Assembly: GCA_036676985.1 (NCBI GenBank)
Contig: JAKFBU010000023.1
Span: forward strand, 261,510 to 325,509
Direction of reading: 5' to 3'
DNA: 64,000 nucleotides
From: Candidatus Sericytochromatia bacterium
GTDB lineage: Bacteria > Cyanobacteriota > Sericytochromatia > S15B-MN24 > UBA4093
A program made the translations under genes and the position numbers. Every line of letters starts with the position of its first letter. The first letter of the stretch is position 1. Below are positions 59,488 to 64,000 of the stretch, piece by piece. The notes beneath the pieces were generated by a model. It searched no databases. It had not been told where the DNA came from and saw nothing but the letters and a program-made list of their open reading frames with translations.

Positions 59488-59825
59488 TGAGAGCGTCTTG
59501 GCGCGCCGGGCAATTGCTCGGCATGGGACTCTGGTTGGCGGGCAGCACGCTCGGATGTACGGACCCCGGGGCCCTCGAGGTGGCGGGGCCGCCGCGCTCG
59601 ACGATCGCGAGCAAGGCGCCGTCGGCCGCTCCCACGCTGGCCGCCACGCAGCCCCCGGCGAGCACTCCGTCGCCCAAGTGGACGCTACCGGCTCCGACGC
59701 CGACGCCCACCCAGGTCCCTTACCGGACCCCGATCCCCCAGGAGAGCGTGGAGCTGCCCGATCCCACCCCGACGCCCTATGAACCCTGGGAGCCGCCGGT
59801 CGACGATCCGACGCCAGAATCCTAG
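59487..59825 (+). CDS. Small Pro/Thr-rich lipoprotein
   Basis: TGATG coupling to upstream gene; TLGC lipobox; PTPTPT. Confidence 0.6.
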   Translation: MRASWRAGQLLGMGLWLAGSTLGCTDPGALEVAGPPRSTIASKAPSAAPTLAATQPPASTPSPKWTLPAPTPTPTQVPYRTPIPQESVELPDPTPTPYEPWEPPVDDPTPES

Positions 59826-59887
59826 CGTGTTTGTCACCTGGGAGCGCCTATCTCACTTGCAGCGGACCCAACCAGCGCCGTGAAAAT

Positions 59888-59925
59888 CGTCAGGGCCCCC
59901 GGGGACTTCCCCGGGGGCCCTGACG
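59888..59925. terminator. Hairpin between convergent genes
   Basis: CGTCAGGGCCCCCGGGGA-CT-TCCCCGGGGGCCCTGACG. Confidence 0.7.
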
Positions 59926-59938
59926 GCGTGGCATCAGG

Positions 59939-62362
59939 CTACGAGCAGCGCGAGTAACCGCAGCCGCGGCAGACCGCGCACCCCTCGCCGAACTCCAGCG
60001 AGTGGCCGCACTCGGGGCACTCGGGGCTCTCGCCGTAGACCTCGACGGCGTTCACGCCGTACCGGCCCTGGAGCGCCGGGGCCGCGACGGCCTCGACCTT
60101 GGGAGCGAGCATGGGCGCCTGGTGCAGCACCGGCTGCGCCGAGAGGATCGAGCCGAGCTGGCGCGGGCTGTCCTTGAGCACCTTGCCGATGGCATCCGGG
60201 ATCGAGAGGATCTGCTTGGGGCCGAACCCGGTGGGGTTGGCGCCACGGATGCCGATGAGCTGAGCGGCCAGCTCGTCGACGGGCACGTTGTACTGCAAGG
60301 CCAGGCTGATCAGGCGACCGATGCCCTCCGACAGGCTGTTGAGCGTACCGCCCGAGCGGCCCACGTTGGTCACGACCTCCCGGATGCCCTGCTCGTCGTA
60401 GTTGACGGTGGTGTAGAGCTTGCCGTCGCCGGTCATGGTCACCCGGGTGTAGCCGTAGAGGTCCTCCGAACGGACCCGGGGCAGGGGCGCCAGGTGCACC
60501 ACCTCGGGCTTGGTCTCGGACTTGACCTCGAGCTTGGCCTCCGCCTTGGGCTCGGCCTTGGCGACGCTCAGGGGCTGGAACTGCCGGCTGTTGTTGCGGT
60601 AGATGGTGATGCCCTTGCAGTTGGTCCGCCAGGCGAGCGAGTAGGCCGTCTCGACGTCCTCGAGCGTCGCGTCCTCGGAGAAGTTGATGGTCTTCGAGGT
60701 GGCCGAGTCGTTGTACTTCTGGAAGGCCGCCTGGATGAGCACGTGCTCGCTCGGCGTGATGTCGTGGGCCGTCACGAAGGTCTCGACGGCGCTCATGGGC
60801 AGGCCGAAGCCCTCGAGGCCGAGCAGGCTGCCGTGGTTGGCCTCGACGGCCTCCATCAGCTCTTCGGAGTAGTAGCCGTGGGCCTTGGCATGGTCGAGGA
60901 AGATCTTGTCCACGTCGACCATGTGGGTGTCGGCCTGCCACCGCTTGAAGGCCAGGGCGAAGACCGGCTCGCAGCCGCCCGAGGTGTCCGCGATGATCGA
61001 GATGGTGCCGGTGGGCGCGATGGTGGTCGTCGTCGAGTTGCGGATGCCGTGGGCCTCCACCTCGCGGACCAGAGCCGCGTAGTTGGCGAGCGGGTGGCGG
61101 TGCTCGTGGCGATCGCGCTCCAACAGCAGGCGTTCGAAGAAGGCGTTGGACTCGGCCTCGTGGCCGTTGCGGCCCGGGAACTGGCCGCGGGTCTTGGCGA
61201 GCTCGATGGAGGCGACCTTGGACTCGAAGTCGATGAAGCTGAACAGCTCCTCGGAGAGCTTGAAGGAGGCCTCGGAGCCGTAGCCGATGCCCAGGCGGAA
61301 CAGCAGGCGGGCGAAGCCCATCACGCCGAGCCCGATCTTGCGGGTGGCGAGGGTCACGTCCCGGATCTCGGGGATCGGGTAGTGGTTGGCGTCGATGACG
61401 TTGTCCAAGAGGTGCGTGCTGACGTGCACCGCCGTGCGGAGGCGATCCCAGTCGATCTGGGCCTCGCCCTGCTCGCTGGTGACGACGAAGTTCTCGACGT
61501 TGATCGAGCCCAGGTTGCAGCTCTCGTAGGGGATGAGGGGCTGCTCGCCGCAGGGATTGGTGGACTCGTAGCCGCCCATCCAGGGCACGGGGCAGTAGCG
61601 GTTCATGCGATCGATGAAGACCACGCCGGGCTCGCCGGTGTTCCAGGCGCGCTGGATGATCTCGTGCCACACGAGCTTGGCGTCGAGGGTGCCCACCACC
61701 TCACCCGAGCGGGGATTATGGAGATGGTAGTGCTTGCCGGCCTCGAGGGCCTCCATGAAGGCGTCGGTGACGGCCACCGAGATGTTGAAGTTCGTGAGCT
61801 TCGAGAGGTCTTCCTTGTGGCGGACGAAGTCCAGGATGTCCGGATGGTCGACGCGCAGGATGCCCATGTTGGCGCCGCGGCGCATGCCGCCCTGCTTGAT
61901 GGACTCGGTGGCCGCGTTGAAGACGTCCATGAAGCTGACCGGACCCGAGCTGACGCCCTTGGTGGACTGCACCAGGTCGTTCTTGGGGCGCAGGCGGCTG
62001 AAGGCGAAGCCGGTGCCGCCGCCGGTCTGGTGGATCAGGGCCGCGTGCTTGATGGTCTCGAAGATGCCGCCCAGGTCGTCGGGCACGGGCAGGACGAAGC
62101 AGGCGCTGAGCTGTCCGGTGCGGGTGCCGGCGTTGGCGAGCGTCGGCGAGTTGGGCAGGAAGTCGAGCCCGTACATGAGGTCGTAGAACCGCTCGGTGGT
62201 CGCCTGCACCTCGGCATCGGTCGCGCCGTACTGGGCGTCGATCTCCGCCAGGGTCGAGGCCACGCGCTGGAAGAGGTCCTCGGGGGTCTCGCAGACCGCC
62301 CCGCTCTCGTCCTTGCGCAGGTAGCGCTTCTCTAGAACCGTAACCGCGTTCTTGCTCAGCAT
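59939..62362 (-). CDS. nrdJ: Class II (adenosylcobalamin-dependent) ribonucleotide reductase
   Basis: PNSPTL, LSACF, RRGANMG, TNPCGEQ...CNLGSIN, APTGT; C-terminal TSCPD-like domain and CPEC...CRGCGYSRC; no beta-subunit gene adjacent. Confidence 0.92.
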   Translation of the reverse strand: MLSKNAVTVLEKRYLRKDESGAVCETPEDLFQRVASTLAEIDAQYGATDAEVQATTERFYDLMYGLDFLPNSPTLANAGTRTGQLSACFVLPVPDDLGGIFETIKHAALIHQTGGGTGFAFSRLRPKNDLVQSTKGVSSGPVSFMDVFNAATESIKQGGMRRGANMGILRVDHPDILDFVRHKEDLSKLTNFNISVAVTDAFMEALEAGKHYHLHNPRSGEVVGTLDAKLVWHEIIQRAWNTGEPGVVFIDRMNRYCPVPWMGGYESTNPCGEQPLIPYESCNLGSINVENFVVTSEQGEAQIDWDRLRTAVHVSTHLLDNVIDANHYPIPEIRDVTLATRKIGLGVMGFARLLFRLGIGYGSEASFKLSEELFSFIDFESKVASIELAKTRGQFPGRNGHEAESNAFFERLLLERDRHEHRHPLANYAALVREVEAHGIRNSTTTTIAPTGTISIIADTSGGCEPVFALAFKRWQADTHMVDVDKIFLDHAKAHGYYSEELMEAVEANHGSLLGLEGFGLPMSAVETFVTAHDITPSEHVLIQAAFQKYNDSATSKTINFSEDATLEDVETAYSLAWRTNCKGITIYRNNSRQFQPLSVAKAEPKAEAKLEVKSETKPEVVHLAPLPRVRSEDLYGYTRVTMTGDGKLYTTVNYDEQGIREVVTNVGRSGGTLNSLSEGIGRLISLALQYNVPVDELAAQLIGIRGANPTGFGPKQILSIPDAIGKVLKDSPRQLGSILSAQPVLHQAPMLAPKVEAVAAPALQGRYGVNAVEVYGESPECPECGHSLEFGEGCAVCRGCGYSRCS

Positions 62363-62503
62363 GAAGGTCTCCTACACGTTTGGGAGGGAAAAAAGGCTAT
62401 GGGATTGCCGGAAGGTCGGGAATGAATGGCCGAGTCGGCCGGGGTGCAAACCTAGCGGTAGTGCGTCGTGACGACGATCTTGGTCATAGAGGGCTAACGA
62501 GAG

Positions 62504-62547
62504 ATATCCACAACCTTGTCCACAGGATATCCACACTAGATGTAGCG
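62504..62547. promoter_or_regulatory. Three DnaA-box-like 9-mers plus NrdR-like box upstream of nrdJ
   Basis: ATATCCACA 62504, TTGTCCACA 62516, ATATCCACA 62527; CACACTAGATGTAGCG 62532-62547. Confidence 0.6.
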
Positions 62548-63195
62548 CCCTCTCAAGCCTTGCTCACTATAACACCCCTATATGGCAGTGGCAAGCAAGT
62601 AAATGGCCCGTTATTGTCAAGCACATTCATCCAAAAGCAACAAAATGATGCATATACGTTCAACTTTTTTTAAGAAGCAAAAAATGCATCACGCAATCGT
62701 CAAATCGCGCTAGCTTCTTCTCAGTAAATGCTCTACTGCTTGGAGCTTGTAACGCGCATCATGAAAGCGTCCTAAACCACCTAGTTTTCGCGGTTATCGC
62801 ATTGATTCCGATTTAGACAAACTGCCGAAACAGCTATTACGCGCTGTACGCTTTTCGTCTTATCGTCTTGCCAGTGTGTCACCATGGCGCACAGAGCAAC
62901 CCTGAAACCGCTCGGTGGGTCTTCTGCGTCCCGCAACTGTCAACAACGTCCATGGACGGACCTCGTGCGATCGAAGGCGTCACGCGGGCGGGGACTCGGA
63001 GTTATGTCATGCGGGAACCCGCACGGCGCCTGGAGCGTCAATGGGATCATTAGGGCGCTGTCAAGGAGGTTTGTACCTCCATGCGACTCCCGTTAATTCT
63101 CGATTAAACGTCTTGCCAAGGTTCTGATGGTGATTCATAATTTTTATGAAGGGTTCTATGCTTTGTGCCCAAGAGAGAGAAGGACGGTTCCCGCA

Positions 63196-63684
63196 ATGGT
63201 GAAATGGTTAACCTCTCTGCTAAGCGCGATTCGCGCCCTTTGGCGTGCGCCCAAGGCCAAGGATCCGGGGTTCTCCTGGGTCCCTGATTCCCCTTCGCAG
63301 CTGATCTCCGCCTGGCACCAGGCCCGCAACTCCCAGTCGTTGGGCTTCATCCTCAACCAGGCCCGCATCTCCAAGGGCCTGAGCCTGCTGCAGCTGCAGA
63401 CGGGCACGGGGATCAACGCCACCTACCTGGTCAAGCTGGAGCACAACCTCATCAACCAGCCCTCGATCTTCGTGCTCGTGCAGCTGGCCGAGGCCCTGGA
63501 CCTGGACCTCAAGCAGGTCATCATGCGTCTCGATCCGCGCGCCTACAGCCCCGAGGACCTGCTGGCCCTCGAGCGTCGGTGGCGGCTCTGCCTCCTGGCG
63601 CAGCCCGGCAACCGCAACGGCATCCTCATGCTGGAGGCCATCTCCCTGCTGTGGGCGCAGACGAGCGCTCGCGCCTCCCGTTAG
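63196..63684 (+). CDS. XRE-family helix-turn-helix protein; start uncertain (63127 or 63196)
   Basis: LGFILNQARISKGLSLLQL...YLVKLEH...PSIFVLVQLAEALDL. Confidence 0.8.
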   Translation: MVKWLTSLLSAIRALWRAPKAKDPGFSWVPDSPSQLISAWHQARNSQSLGFILNQARISKGLSLLQLQTGTGINATYLVKLEHNLINQPSIFVLVQLAEALDLDLKQVIMRLDPRAYSPEDLLALERRWRLCLLAQPGNRNGILMLEAISLLWAQTSARASR

Positions 63685-63761
63685 CGTTTCCACATCCCAG
63701 CGCCCCGGGCCCATGCCTGGGGCGCTTGCCATTTGGGGCGCCTAGGCGCTAGGCTCGGCGT

Positions 63762-64000
63762 ATGGGCCACTACGTCTACCTGTTGCGGTGCGCGGACGAC
63801 ACCCTCTACACGGGCTACACCACGGACGTGGAGCGCCGGCTGGCGACGCACAACGCCGGCAAGGGGGCCAAGTACACGCGTTCGCGTCGCCCCGCGAGCC
63901 TCGTGGCGCACTGGGAGTACCCGACCAAGGGCGAGGCCCTGTCCGCCGAGTACCGGCTGCGGCGTCTGCCGCGGCCCGCGAAGCTCGCGGCCGCCCAGCG
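63762..64000 (+). CDS. GIY-YIG nuclease, UPF0213 (YhbQ/YazA-like), 3'-truncated; absent from ORF track
   Basis: Manual translation [44 protein letters not shown]. Confidence 0.92.
   Translation, partial: MGHYVYLLRCADDTLYTGYTTDVERRLATHNAGKGAKYTRSRRPASLVAHWEYPTKGEALSAEYRLRRLPRPAKLAAAQ

Noticed and set aside
62363-62870. oriC or cobalamin riboswitch upstream of nrdJ
   Set aside because: Only three imperfect DnaA boxes, no dnaA/dnaN/gidA nearby, and no recognisable B12-box; kept only as a regulatory observation
62380-63127. Small ORFs of 61-97 aa in the nrdJ-XRE gap
   Set aside because: Atypical codon usage, overlap regulatory motifs, no convincing RBS
63127-64000. XRE plus GIY-YIG as toxin-antitoxin or prophage edge
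   Set aside because: The nuclease is the common stand-alone UPF0213 type; no integrase or phage genes visible

Overview
Core-genome window of a high-GC (roughly two-thirds G+C by eye) bacterium. It holds a dcw fragment (murG-murC-murB-ftsQ-DUF881-sbp-ftsZ, no ftsA), ileS, pgeF, rqcH, tsaD, tcdA/tatD, rho, the yggS-sepF-proC-yggT block, an ABC1 kinase and a class II ribonucleotide reductase. The cyanobacterial-type gene order and frequent GCGATCGC sites, together with rho and no photosynthesis genes, suggest a non-photosynthetic relative of Cyanobacteria such as Sericytochromatia; this is inference. No tRNA, rRNA, CRISPR array or transposase was seen. The best novelty candidate is a set of lipoproteins sharing a short [R/Y/F]-x-x-Q-[A/T/G] motif after the lipobox: a tandem paralogue trio, two ~1100-aa IPT/NHL-repeat proteins ending in GLMxPx[L/F], a subtilase and a Tyr/Gly-rich protein. 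They may form a protease-matured surface fibre or adhesin system. Other leads are a LexA-box operon with a duplicated 4-Cys protein lacking a normal start, recurrent TTAA-N7-TTAA boxes, signal-peptide-less hydrolases with sigma28-like -10 elements, and phased DnaA-like boxes plus an NrdR-like box before nrdJ. All calls are by eye; no searches were run.
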